Source: Sphagnum compactum (taxonomy: Eukaryota). From it: a stretch of DNA of 64,000 nucleotides. Each line of letters opens with the position of its first letter. Within the stretch, counting starts at the first letter, position 1. Under the pieces are notes generated by a model. It saw only the letters and a program-made list of their open reading frames with translations, ran no database searches and was not told where the DNA came from. Positions 1 through 12,505 of the stretch are shown here, piece by piece. The stretch spans positions 23,550,213 to 23,614,212 of the forward strand of contig OZ234493.1 of assembly GCA_965153455.1 (NCBI GenBank), given 5' to 3'. Position numbers and translations under genes: made by a program.

Positions 1-1731
1 CATTGCAGAGCCTGTAATACACAAAAGAAAGTTCACACTCAGCTCCTGTAATGACCAAACAGCTTGCCTTCTCAAGGAATTGATAAGCATGTGGATCAAC
101 TGTTGCAAAACAGGGTAACCTAGTGATAATCCAGCAAAAATCTCATATTGTAGAAGGGATAATAATGAAATCTTAATTGACAGGTAGAAGCAGCTTACCT
201 GCAGTGGTACAATTTTCCTGGAACATGACCAATCAAATCTTTCTTCTCAACCCGAAGCATTTGAGCAGTATGTTTCTTTCCTCTGAAGTGGCCCCGGAGA
301 TTCTTCTTGCAGGTACAAAAGATATCACATAGGCTGCAAGCTACATTACATATGGTGTTATACGGTCCCACAATTCTTCAAAGACTGTCACGTCGTTGCA
401 GTTCTTTTTTAGTTTTCCTGAAGCTTTTGCTGAGAACCAAAGTCATTTGACTTTGTCTTAGACTATGATAGCATTCATTTTACACTGGCAGAAATAAAAT
501 TGTTGTCGCTATAATTTTTTGACAAACAAGACATTTCTCCTCTAAGAACCTTCTGTAGTATGAAGTTCGTTGCAAGCTCAAGAATGAACTGCAGAGCCTA
601 GGAGTAAACAAGTTTGTTGTTGTAAGTCCTTTATGATACATTTGTTGACATTTATATTACTATGTTTCAAGATGCAAATCACCTTGCGCCAGGATGAACA
701 TTCTTGTATTTGTCAAAAACACAAAGGAACTTGAGGAGTGCTTTGGAGATGGACAATTATAATTTTAAGCATGTTGACTTTACCTGCAAACGAATTGGAA
801 CTGGGCTTGTTGTGGCTGGTTATGTTGTGATGATGCTTGACTGACTGTTGGAACCTACATGAGAAGAGCTTCAATCTGTTGTAAATGAACATTACCAGTT
901 CTACAAAAGAGGAACTGCCCCTTGCTAGAACTATTCATGGTTTTGATGACAACAATATGGAAGTACTCAGAGCCTTCATGGGCATTCACAGAGAATAGAG
1001 GTGGAACAACTCAAAACTATAGTAGCTAACTCTAGAGGTGGAGCCATAATAGCTGCATAGCTCAGATGATCAAGGGGGTGCAGAATACTCCTGATGAATC
1101 ATCCACACCAAAAGCCTAATTTGATTTCAGAGTTCAAATGGGCAGAGTTTTTGAAATAGCTACCTGGACTGAAGTGTTGGTCTGGACTTGATCAGAAACT
1201 TTGTACTCATACCGATGAGGAACTGAAAGGAGAAAGCACGATTGTCAAGTAGAAAAGTGTCAACTCTTGTCCATGTTCTGCCGTACACTCTTGTTCTTAA
1301 TTGTCCATTGGCCTTCATTGCTCACCATCTTCCAGGAGCCCATGATATCCAAGAGTTGTTTTCCAGTCTTCATAAGAGTCCTTGTTGGCTCACTATTGTC
1401 TGAGCTAACAAAATTGCGAACGAAAACCTAATATTTTGACGGCTGCTTGAAAATATTGCATGTACGAGAGTTTGGCAATACCATTATGATGACCAGCATC
1501 GGTGTGCACAACCACTCCTTTTGCTGCAGCAATTATTCGCACGGCATCTCCTGGCAAAATACCTGCATCCTCAACCAGATCTTGTTTTGTCGCCAGCTTG
1601 AGAACATTAACATCGTCATAATGCATTGCAATCAGCCGTGCAAGACATATCTCAGTGCGTTGATCATCAAAACCATCGATGCCCTTCAAGAAATCTTTCA
1701 GGCGGAATAGATTCACGGCATGTACAGCCAT
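1..1731 (-). CDS. Multi-exon gene, 5' part only: N-terminal SAM-like domain followed by U1/matrin-type C2H2 zinc finger(s); continues beyond the window start
   Basis: ATG at 1731 lies just after an acceptor at 1743-1744. The first coding exon reads LKDFLKGIDG...LIAMHYDDVNVLKLATKQDLVEDAGILPGDAVRIIAAAK (SAM-like pattern). GT-AG-bounded exons 1222-1164, 854-784, 333-199 and 11-1 join in phase to give FVCS|LCDIFCTCKKNLRGHFRGKKH and YHCR|LCN. Boundaries of the exon near 1400-1326 are uncertain. Confidence 0.65.
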
Positions 1732-3381
1732 GATACGCAGACCTGGTGCAATCAATATCAAAAGCAAATTAGTTGAATTTAACAAATTCAGCTGTTGTAA
1801 GGAGCAGCACCATAATTGCTAATTGCCAAACCATGCATTGCTGAGAAATGTGTCCAGTGCAAATTAACATCATCCCCACAAACTTTGCAGAATGTTTTTC
1901 TTGCTTCATTATGCAGGGCAAGTAAACTTTCCTGAGTCTAGTACAAGAGATTCGCGTTTGCCTGGAAACCTACACGCCCCGAGCCCTACAGTGGCAGTGT
2001 TCTGTCGCTGCAACACCCACATGAACAAAACCATGATTGCTTTGCTTGCTAGTATGTAGAAAACCCATCTATTGTATACTTGTACATTACTGGCACCTGC
2101 TTTTGAAACTAAAGATGTAAGAATTGGACGCAAAGCTGTCACCGAGTTGAGATCGATAGATGGAGAGAGAGAAAGTGGTGACGCTGGGCATGGCACCCAC
2201 GCCTGGATTCTAAGCTTGAACAATCTAAAGCCACTGATTTGCATTCGAGAATTCGCAAATGACGATGCCATACCTAGTCGAGTGTCGATGACGAAAACAG
2301 TGCTAGCGGAGGTGGAGATCGCAGAAGGAACGAAAGGAGAATGTGTTTCTTTCCTGTTTCTGGTTTTGGGACAAGACCGTTCCTCTTCTCTCGATCACCA
2401 CACGCGGTTTCGAGGAAATAATATAAAACAAAATATACCCCAGCAAGATCCTCGAAAATAAGAGCAAGGAAGAAAAACTCGAAATTTTCTTGGGGGAAAT
2501 GCTCCTCGTCTTCTTGCACAACAAAATAGATCAAGTAAAGATTCCCAAACATCGCTCTTTAAGGAATAATTAGTATGCCTCTTATTTTCAGGTGTGATTA
2601 AATAGTTTGGGGTTTTGCGCATTACAAATTGGACAATCAATTGGGCAAACTTTTGTTTTATAGATCGACTACCTGCAAAAGGCGGCCCTTGAAAAAGAGA
2701 CCCAACGCCCAAAGTTAGGAACTTAGTACCTTCATTTCACAAGAAGTATTTTAGGACTTTTTCATTAACACGGTTCATTAAGGTCATTCAAACCTAAATA
2801 TTCCACCCTCCTCACATGGAAAGCTTCTAAATTCGTCAAACACCCTAAATTCCACAACTGATTGCAAGGTGGCCAATAAGAAAATATTGCAAACCATAAT
2901 ATTGTCTTTCATTAAAGTAAAATGCTTTGAAACCAACAATATTTCTACATATTCACATTTTCAAGTCAACTTATTTAATGTGTAAATATATGCACACATT
3001 GTTTGGACTGAATAACGATAATTTGAAATTCTAATTTTCCATTTTTGAAAATGTAAATGCACTAGTGGGGCAATCCTATAAAAAGGAAATTATTTTGGGT
3101 AAACAAAGTGATTTGAAAACCTTGAATCTAATGGACTTTGAATTAGGTGAAAGTGACAATCATTATTATATTTTAAATTTCACATGAAAGATAAATTTCA
3201 ACAAGATAGTGTATAATGTAAGTTTGTTTAAATGGTAATCCCATGTAATTTGAAAACCCTCATGTCTTTTCTATTTTGAATAATTATTCATCAAAATCCC
3301 TAAGCTGCCTTCACAATTGGTGTTACTCCGCGTCTGTTGGCATCCCAAAATTCTTGCACCACCATTGTGATAGGATACGCC

Positions 3382-3531
3382 CAACAGGTGGTGATGGCCT
3401 TCGCTGCAGAAAAGCAGACCCCATCGCGGAATTAATCAGTAATCAGTAGAAGATGACAAACTTTTTGCTAACGTCAACATAGGCCTAACAGGTGGTGACT
3501 GCCTTTGCTGCAAAAAAGCAGACCCTATCGC
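3382..3531. repeat. Imperfect ~47-bp direct repeat pair (aacaggtggtga...gctgca.aaaagcagaccc.atcgc) beside the pogo insertion, probably from an older element
   Basis: Two similar copies start near 3382 and 3486. Confidence 0.6.
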
Positions 3532-3541
3532 CAAGATCCAT

Positions 3542-6129
3542 TAGTGGCATTCCCATTCGCACTAAAAATAATTATTTCTGGCCGCTGCGAAAAAAAAACT
3601 AATTTTTTACAGCCGGTGCGAAGTTGCGAATTTATCCGATAATTCTACAATCCTGTCAGCGAAAAATACTGGTGATGTTGATCTAACAACTGAATTCTAA
3701 TCTTCTCCATCTGATCCATCCTCCTCAGAGTCAGAACCATCTAGGTCTACATCACTTGGAACATCAAACTGATCATCTAGGCAGGCCTCCATCACACCGG
3801 CCAATGAAGCCTGCTCCATGTGCGCGAGCACCTCGATGTCCCCCTCAGGCCCTGCCGTCGTATCCTCCTCCGTTGCTTCCAGTACCAGCAGACCCCTTGT
3901 CAGACATTCTGACAAGGCCTTTGCTTGGAACTCCGCTTCGTGAATCTTCCCCATCCCTCACTTCGTCCACCCCTTCCTGATCATTTGCTTGAACCCTGCC
4001 AGCTCCTCCCAGGAACCCATCAACCAGCCTACCAAGTGGCATCTGAGCTCCTTGATCCCAAGCTGGAGCTGGATGTTATCCGGCTGCACCCCGTTGAGCA
4101 CCTGACATGCTACTTGCTGGCTTTGCCACAGATTGAACTGAGTGCGGAAGCGGTGCTTGAAAGGGCGCTGCAGAACTACATTGGCGACCTGCAGCTTGCT
4201 AGTGCAGTTGGCAGGAACAAAGACGAGGTGCAGAAGTGGATGATTCTCCTTTAGCCACCCTCTAAACTCCTCTAATATATGCACCTTCCAACAATCAATG
4301 TTCCAGATGTAATGCTGAGAGGACGAAGCACGCCCCAACTCCTCACACTTCTTTGCATGCCACGGCACAATGACCTGGTCAACGAACTCCCTCATGGTCT
4401 GTTGGTTAGACCAATGGTTGGACGACATGGTTAGATGCCAGCCCTTCGCCCTAGCTGCCACCGCCTTGAGGTCTTTAGGGACAACAGCAGTGGTTTTGCC
4501 CTGGAAGATCAGCTAAAGAGGGAGCAGATCCCCACTTGCTGCTAAGCTAACCGTGCAAGTAATCTGACGCTTATCATCCTTTCCCAGACTCTTGACATCT
4601 TTGACCCCCTTAATGTCATAGGTCTGATCTGTGCTTGGCCGAATGTGGAGAGCAGTCTGATCAGAATTGATGACTAGCTCTTCGGGGATATCATATGTCT
4701 TCACAAGTGCAGCTATCTTATAGGCCATATCATGACCATGGGATTCCCAATCAGCGGGGAGCTTATTCAACGCTGTGGTACTCCTTCTCCAAGTCCAGCC
4801 CATGTGCCTGCGCACAAACTTCCTTGCAAACCTTCTCGACACGCTGAAGAATCCACTCTTTGTGCGCCTCTCAAAGAGCTCAGGGGCAACAGCTGAGATA
4901 ATCCCCTGAATGACTGTCTGAGCAATGGTGCTGTCCAAAGGCTGCCCCGAGTCTCGCATGCCTTTCAGAGTGTCTACGATCATCTGAAAGGCCACTGGAT
5001 GATCTTTGAGGATCCCCCGAAGCCCTTTGTCCTGAGCAGCTGACCGTGCAGACTACAACTTGATAGCCTCCTCATACTTCCTCCGTAAAACAAAGCGCCC
5101 CATCACATCCTTCTCAAACCACCCCTTCAAAGTGCTGATGGTCAGGTTGTCAAAAGGGCTGCCAACCCGGCCAAGCTTTCCGATGTGTTGAAGGGAGAAC
5201 AGAGCTTCATACAAGCTCTTGGGGTGTTGTTTCACAGCTTGTTCAATGAAAGGCCATAGATCGGGGACAAACCAGTTTGTGTAACTTCCCCTCTTCTTCT
5301 TTGCAGGGGGTGGTTTTTCGCTTGCATCCACCCCCGTCTCCTCAGCTGCTGCCGCATCCCCTTGTTCCCCCCCATTCTGTGCTGCAGGTTGCTGTCCGGA
5401 AGCCTGAACTGGAATCAATATGGCCGAGGGCACTACAGTGCTTTTCTTTGGTCTACGCTTGGCAGCCAGACGGGCCTTCTCTGCCTCTTCTCTACGGGCT
5501 GCCTACTCCTTCAACCACTCTCCCAACTTAGTCTGGCTTCTCTGCCATTGGGCAAGCTGCTCTTCTTTAGAGATGACAGAAAAAAACTTGGTGATAGTGG
5601 CCACCTTGGGCGCCATTCCCTTACCGATGCCTTGTGACCGGTTATGGGGTGGCTGAATGGAAACCTAATTATGGCTATTGAGTTTGGAAATCTAATCTTT
5701 TTGCTTTAAGGGTTTAAGGAATTAAACCCGCCGGAAAACGGACTTAATGAAGGCGGCGATTTTATGATTTTGGGGACATGAATCTTGTAACGGTGCATGG
5801 GAAAGCTTGAGCTCGAAGCCAAGGATGAAACGGCTGGAATTTTGGAGGAAGATTGGCAGACTGAGGCAGTAATATTTCGCTGCAATATCTTTGTCTGGCC
5901 CGGCCCGGCAGGCCCGGTCGGCCCGCCGCGATCATTGAACCGTCATCGCCGGGGTCGTGGGTGTTGTATCCAACGGCTTAGATTGAACGAATTTACCAAA
6001 ACAAAAAGGTGGAGAAATTACAAAAACGGCCTGGTGAAAGTGAAAATAATTGTGAACTGGTCAGTGCGAAAAAGAAAAACTTTTGAAAATAATTATTCGC
6101 AAGGCAGGTCGCGAATGGGAATGCCACTA
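3542..6129 (-). mobile_element. Full-length pogo-like (Tc1/mariner superfamily, DDE_1) DNA transposon
   Basis: Perfect inverted repeats tagtggcattcccattcgc (3542-3560) and gcgaatgggaatgccacta (6111-6129). Their outermost TA is consistent with a TA target-site duplication. The interior is a GC-rich transposase reading frame. Confidence 0.9.
3697..5616 (-). pseudogene. pogo/DDE_1 transposase pseudogene: 640 codons in one frame with four in-frame stops
   Basis: ATG at 5616 (MAPKVATITKFF). ORFs 5053-5433, 4513-4995, 3958-4461 and 3697-3954 share one frame. Motifs: IPEELVINSDQT, KRQITCTV, PL*LIFQGKT, NHWSN, IDCWKVH and VPANCTSKLQVAN (third catalytic D appears as N). Acidic C-terminal tail. Confidence 0.88.
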
Positions 6130-6524
6130 CGGTACTAGGCCTAATCGCTAGAAGACTACAAAATTTCCACTGACTTCAAACAGCAAAAGCGTAACTATTC
6201 AGTCAACCTAGTGTAATCCGTCAATATGGGGACAGTTATTTTGTGGCTTATCTAAACTTAGATGAATCTGATCTGCAGCAGATTTTGCCTTTCAAATTTT
6301 GACGGCGTTTAGTTAATTAATTGAGCTCTAATTCAACTAACAGGACTTACAATTTTTGCATGATAATTATGGTGATTTCTGAAAGAAAGCCAATCTGGAA
6401 AGTTCTGGAATGCCTGGTAGAAGGGCTGGTCAGTATGAAAAGAAGGTAGAGGAAGAGAGATGGGTGAAGATTGTATGGTGATATTTTTAAAGGTAGAGGA
6501 GCTGGCTATGAGAGCAATTTAATG

Positions 6525-7473
6525 CAGGCCTCATAAAACCTGGCATTCTATTTTGAGATGCCAACTTTGCCAGAATTAATTTCGTCAAAGTGCCATAATT
6601 AAGTAATACAGTTATTAAGAGCATAACTGTAGAGCATCCCCACCGCAAGTCACTAAAACGATCACTATCATTATTTTTTGGTAGTCGGTCTGAGCCTCTG
6701 AGGGCCAAAATAGTGATTTGGGTGTAGTCATTTTTGTGGTTTCCCACCGCGGAGTCACTAAAGTTTAATTGCCAAAGGGAAAATAGTCAAGCTAAAAATA
6801 TGAAGAAAAAAATGTGAAATTTTTTATAAAAAAACCAAGTTACACTAGTCATGTCAATAGCCACTGTGCGATAGGAACAACAACACCTATAGCTACCAAC
6901 TACTATTAGCATAGATGTTGATAGCCAAGCAACTACATTTGAAGTGCACACTTTAGGTCTTCTAGTCTCCAAATGTTTCAATAGATATTTTATTTTTATG
7001 AATCTTATGTTTTCTATTTTCATGTGTCATGTTTTTGGGTCATATGTCTCTATTCGACTATTGGTCATATGTTTATTTACAATATTTTTCTTTTTTCAAG
7101 GTTTGGAAGTCAAGGAAAAAGGAAATTTAGCAAGGTGGAGTTTAAAAGACAATCAATACTCATATGTGAGAATATTTTCTCTATGAGTGTTAAAGTTTAA
7201 TTATTGCCCAAGAACTACTTCGAATAGTTATTTCATGACTTACTTTGTGATGAACATTTAGGATTATTGGTGACATCTGAAGCTATTCTAATGCCCCCTT
7301 TAATTTAGGCTCTATAGTGGTAGTAGCGGTGTCCGTTTTGATTTTATCTTCTAGTAGGGGGAAGCCTGTTACGGAAAATAAAGCATATGCCAGATGTGCC
7401 AATATTAAGGCGACAAATGTGCCAGAATTAATTTAATTCTGGCAAAGTTGGCATTTGCGTTTTATGAGGCCTG
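6525..7473. mobile_element. Non-autonomous hAT-type element
   Basis: Perfect 15-bp TIR caggcctcataaaac (6525-6539) / gttttatgaggcctg (7459-7473). Exact 8-bp TSD atttaatg at 6517-6524 and 7474-7481. Subterminal inverted motif atgccaactttgccagaattaa. Confidence 0.9.
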
Positions 7474-10384
7474 ATTTAATGCCACTATGTAACAGCATTT
7501 TATTTTATTTTTGGGCTAAATATGGTCAAAAAAACTACCCAGGATTCAACATTGCAACTTGTAGGCTTGAAAAATAATTAATTTGTTTTTAAAATTCACC
7601 AAACGTTAGGGTTTTAAACAATGACATAGCAACATCGCCTTGCTTGTCACTGTCATCATCAATGTCATCATCACCACTCCTTCTCACAACTAAGAGGAGA
7701 TTTTCACTTTTCAACTCCTTTCAAATACTATAGTAGCACATTTTGAACCTCCGTTCTTCTGTGTAGCTATTGTTTATAGCAAAAATTTAGCATGTGTAGT
7801 CAAGGGTGTTTATGTGGATCTAGATATTGGGGAAGTTGTTAATTTAGTGAAGCTTCCACAATAAAGTTGAACAATGTACTAGTTGTTGAATTTTAAAACT
7901 TTTGCAGACGATATTGACATTGAGCCAGGAAATCACAATCGTCCATGTATGGGAGGCGAGTTTGCAAGATTGTTCGTCAATCACAAATTGCTCATCGCTC
8001 ACAACATGTGTTTGTTGATGGTTGTTGGTCAAAGCCTAAAAGAAAGTGGTAACAAGTTCAAGTACCCATGCACGAAGTTTTTAAACTTCCAAGTTTCAAG
8101 GTATGTTAATTTTATCATTTCCAACTTCTAAGTTTTTGTGTGTTTATATGAGTCACAAGTCCTAACTATAATTTCTTTGGTTGTTTCTATATAGTTTGAA
8201 CTTCAAATGCATTTGAACAAGTATGTGTGTGAAAGTGATTTTGTGAGGTTGTTGAGGGCTAAACAACACGGGTTTCATGAAGTTTGTGAGCGATTTTGGT
8301 GAAGTTTATGAGTGATCACAACAATAATGAGGTTTATGAGTGACCTATGTGAGGTTTATGAACAATTTGAGTGATAACAATTTGCTTCATTTGAATGATG
8401 TGAGAAATTATGATTGATCTATGAAATTTTAGCTTGTGTGAATGAACGATCTATAATGATTTAGAGGGAAAATATGTGTGATCGTGAGTGACTACAAAGT
8501 TGTGCCTTCATGGGCGACAGGAGGCATTCATGAAAAAATCTTCAAATATATGATTATTATAACTAGTATTCCAGTCATAAAGAACAAAAATGATTAATAA
8601 CTTTAAGGTCATTACGAACAAATTATTTAGGACAATAGTCATTACATGATGTTGCACAGTGATGTGGCGAATATCATCCATTAATCATAAAAAACATATG
8701 TGAAGTCATTAGTGATAGTCTAGTCATTATTTCAAATTGGAACAAAAACTTGGAGAACATTTTTTTTCAATTCAGTATATTTATTATTATATATTTATTA
8801 TATAATAGTCATTATATTTTTCAAAATTATTTTTTATCTCATTATTTTTCATCCTATCTGTTGACACATGTCACCACCTAAATTAGGTTAAAAACCTAAT
8901 TGAAATGGGCAAGTAGACCATCTCATCTACCTATTTAGGTTTGTTTATGTAACCAGTTAACCTATGTAGTCTAAGTACAAATTATTTGGTCAATATTTCA
9001 ATTTTGAGCACAATGCATGTCATTTGTGAAACTTGATCCTTGAACCCCAAGGATGGAATTCAACTCTTTTACCACCAAACCACCCACTTGATATGTAAAT
9101 AATTTATTTTATATTTTATTTAAATCATATCTCATTTAAGCATTACACAAAACTTCAAATTTAATCATTTGTATCTTGTTGCTAATTTATCCAAATGAAA
9201 AAATAGAAAACTTATTCATAAATTTCCTTTAATAACGTACACAATTTTATTTTTTTATTTTTAAAATGTAAATTCAGTTCAAAAGAAAATTATTTGAATT
9301 TTGTTATTAAATAACATTCCAATAACCATATTTTGGAAAATTTCAATTCAAACAAATGATTTGTAAATGAAAATTATGGTTAATACATGAAAAAATAAAA
9401 TATATATTTCATATCTTAAACCTTCATTTGGTTTATGAATTTATATTATACAATCTTGCTTATAATATATCATAATTTTACTAAGAACTTGTAATATAGA
9501 CATATGAATCCATATAATTTTATCCACATAAATATTTATTAATGGACCATAAATCAATTATATCTATTTTTAAAAAAAATACTAGTAATATTAAATATGA
9601 GGTATAAATTTAATCTAAATATTTTATTTTAATTTTAATAATAATTAATTAATATTAAAATATCAATTAATTTTCTGAAATTATGATTTTTAATCATTTT
9701 ACACACATAATTTATATATTTTTTGCACATGAAAAATAAATATATTAATTTTTAAACATATATATTAAATTTTATTTAAATTTACGATAAAATGTTAATG
9801 CAAAAATAAATTATATATTTCCCACATCTTATAGTTTTATTTTATTTTTAAGTTAAAATATTTATAATTATTTATAGTATATCATATTTTTACCATTAAA
9901 ATATATCTCAATGTGAAATATTTAATTTAGTCACATTGAATATTTAAAATGGATTATATATCAAAAAAAATTAAATGTAATAAAAGTTTTTATATTACCT
10001 ATATGTATAATACTAATCAAAATCAGTTCCTTACATGTTGTAGTTTACTACGTTCATTTTGTACTCATATTAAATTACTTATAGTCATTTTTGAATCATT
10101 GTAAAATAATTGTATGACCACATTTTTTTGTAATAACACATCATTTTCATAGTTATTCTTTAATCATATTTAAAATGACTTTATCCTAGTCACATTTTCA
10201 AATGATATTTTGGGCATCACGTCATTTTATCATCAATCATGGATATTATATGGATGAAAATTTGCAATGAAAAAACGATGTCATCCTCGTATTACCACAT
10301 CATCATCTACTAGTCAAATGCACCATTAATATATAACTATATTTTTTTTCACATAGGATTTGAAGTAATATCTTATGACTATAA

Positions 10385-10745
10385 TCAATTATGTAGTTGT
10401 TTAGGAGTTGTGGAAGTTTGTCTCTTGTTTGGCCAAGACATAGCTCCTCCCACAAGAGTGAAATAATGACCTGATGTTGATTTTCTATTATCAAAATCCC
10501 CTGCCCAATCAACATTTGCAAATCCCATAAGATTTGCACTCCTTTTTCCATCATAGAATAATCCTGACATTGATGTGCCTCTGAGGTATCTGAAAATTCT
10601 TTTGACAACTTTCCAATGAATCTCTCTTAGATCTGTAACAAACTGGGATACTACTCCCACTGAATATGCAATGTTAGGTCTAATGCAAATCATGTAATAT
10701 ATTAAGCTACCTACATCACTGTGGTATGGAACATTTTTCATATGA
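10385..10745 (-). mobile_element. Ty1/copia LTR-retrotransposon fragment (end of RT and start of RNase H), degenerate
   Basis: PYHSDVGSLIY..RPNIAYSVGVVSQF...HWKVVKRIFRYLRGT...FANVDWAGDFDNRKSTSG...GGAMSW matches the copia RT/RNase H junction. Confidence 0.88.
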
Positions 10746-11039
10746 ACCTTATGGCGCGACCTCGAGGTCCCAAATAAAGCTAAAATGTCGAAGGCAATTA
10801 ATTAGTTTTTGTGCTGGCGGTGGTCGCCCCATCGCCCAGACAATCCAAACATGATTGTAATCATGTCCAAGCCTTGCTTGAGGACTACTATGAAAAGTTG
10901 AATGCGCATTTGCGTATTTTAATTGGATACTATGATGATATCGACACGTGGAGAACGACACCAATAAGCAAAATGTAGATGGCCCTTCAACACATTGAAG
11001 CATTCCTGGTCACCTTCCCTAAATCTTTCCTTGCGCGAA

Positions 11040-12505
11040 GATGGAGCAGAATATCATTCGTTACGTTACCATTGATGAATCGGCACGCGCATCAGACCAG
11101 CTGCTAGAGACGTAGAACACCTCTTCATCATTGGTTGCCATGACGTCCTCATCATCGACCGCCACGACTTCATTATCAGCGTCCGCCAAGTCCATCACAT
11201 CGAAGTTGTCAACATTGCGAACCGAGCAGGTATCACGTCAATCGAGCGGAGTCAGTGGTTCCCGTTAAACCGTGATTCAACGGCAACGTCGACCACTGGC
11301 GAATCGGCAGGCAAACGCATCGAAACACGTCATTACCAAAATCAGCCAAGATGCGATCGACAAAATCCATGCCGATTGGGCGTTTATGGAAACAAATCGG
11401 GCTGGTGCTGAATGCTAGTAATCAGAAAGGATTATCTTGAATCTGATCCAGAGTGGATTCTTGAAACGTGAGATTCGAGTCATCCTGCCCATCGATGGTT
11501 CAAAGATCAATCAATTGCGTAAGGTTCTGCAAAATGGTATCAACACGCTTCACACCCGTCGTCCACCGCGCGTTCCTGCTCATGCACTTCATGATAATGA
11601 CCTGGACACGATCATAGCAGATGCGGAGACTTGGGAGGTCTACGCTCACAAGCGCCCGAAACAATATGAAACTCACGTTCACAAAGTTGTATCAAAGGTA
11701 CAAGGACAAGATCGAATCCGCCAATGATAGATGTCGTGTCGTATCGTATTCACGTTGGATTCAGTACATCCACTTGTTCTTTCCTGGCCTTCGCTTAGCT
11801 CGCACCGCCGAAGACGTATGCGACTGCTGCATTCGTATCAATATCCAACTGCAGCAACACGACCTTCCCTCTAACGAACATGATTACCTGTTCTTAAAAA
11901 AGCAGACTCATATGGATGTTGCCATCAGCCATCGCCATACAATGTCAACTTTTGTCAAGGAGTTTATCAAGCAACACGCTCTTGATTAGCCTATTCCTCG
12001 TATTATGATCCCCAATAATTACGACAACGACCGTGCACATGATGCTAATGACATCGACATGACATCCACGACCACAACGCCCACAACTCAGATTCAGATC
12101 AAGGATTTTGATGATAGCTTCGCCATGCCTCATTATGGGCATTCGCGACCATCAGCCAATTATTTTAACTCCAATCTGATGGTTTCAAACTTTATTGTTG
12201 CTAACCTTACCAGCGACGACGCCGACGTGCTTTTTTATGATGAACGAACGCAAGGCAAGGATGTGGATGCGCTGTGCAGCTTGCGATTTACGTACCACTC
12301 CAATAAGTTCAGAATGATGCTTAAGTACAAGCAGGCGACACCCAAGATCCTGGTGGTCATCCTCGACAACTGCATCAAGCAGAAGAAGTCGCAACTTGTC
12401 ATGCAGTTCTTCGCCCTACTCTCCATCACGTTCTACATTAAGGTCGTGTTGATTTACTTGATCCCTAGACTTCCCACAACATTGTCGATCGGATCGTCGC
12501 CACGT
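11040..12505 (+). pseudogene. Degenerate Sola1-like DDD transposase, frameshifted and 3'-truncated
   Basis: EDVCDCC, then KDFDDSFAMP, YFNSNL..NFIVA, FYDERTQGKD.DALCSL, ILDNC.KQKKS and LIYLIP. After a frameshift comes SHNIVDRIVA (tcccacaacattgtcgatcggatcgtcgcc). This is the motif order I associate with Sola1 transposases. The segment is GC-richer than its flanks. No TIRs located. Confidence 0.6.
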
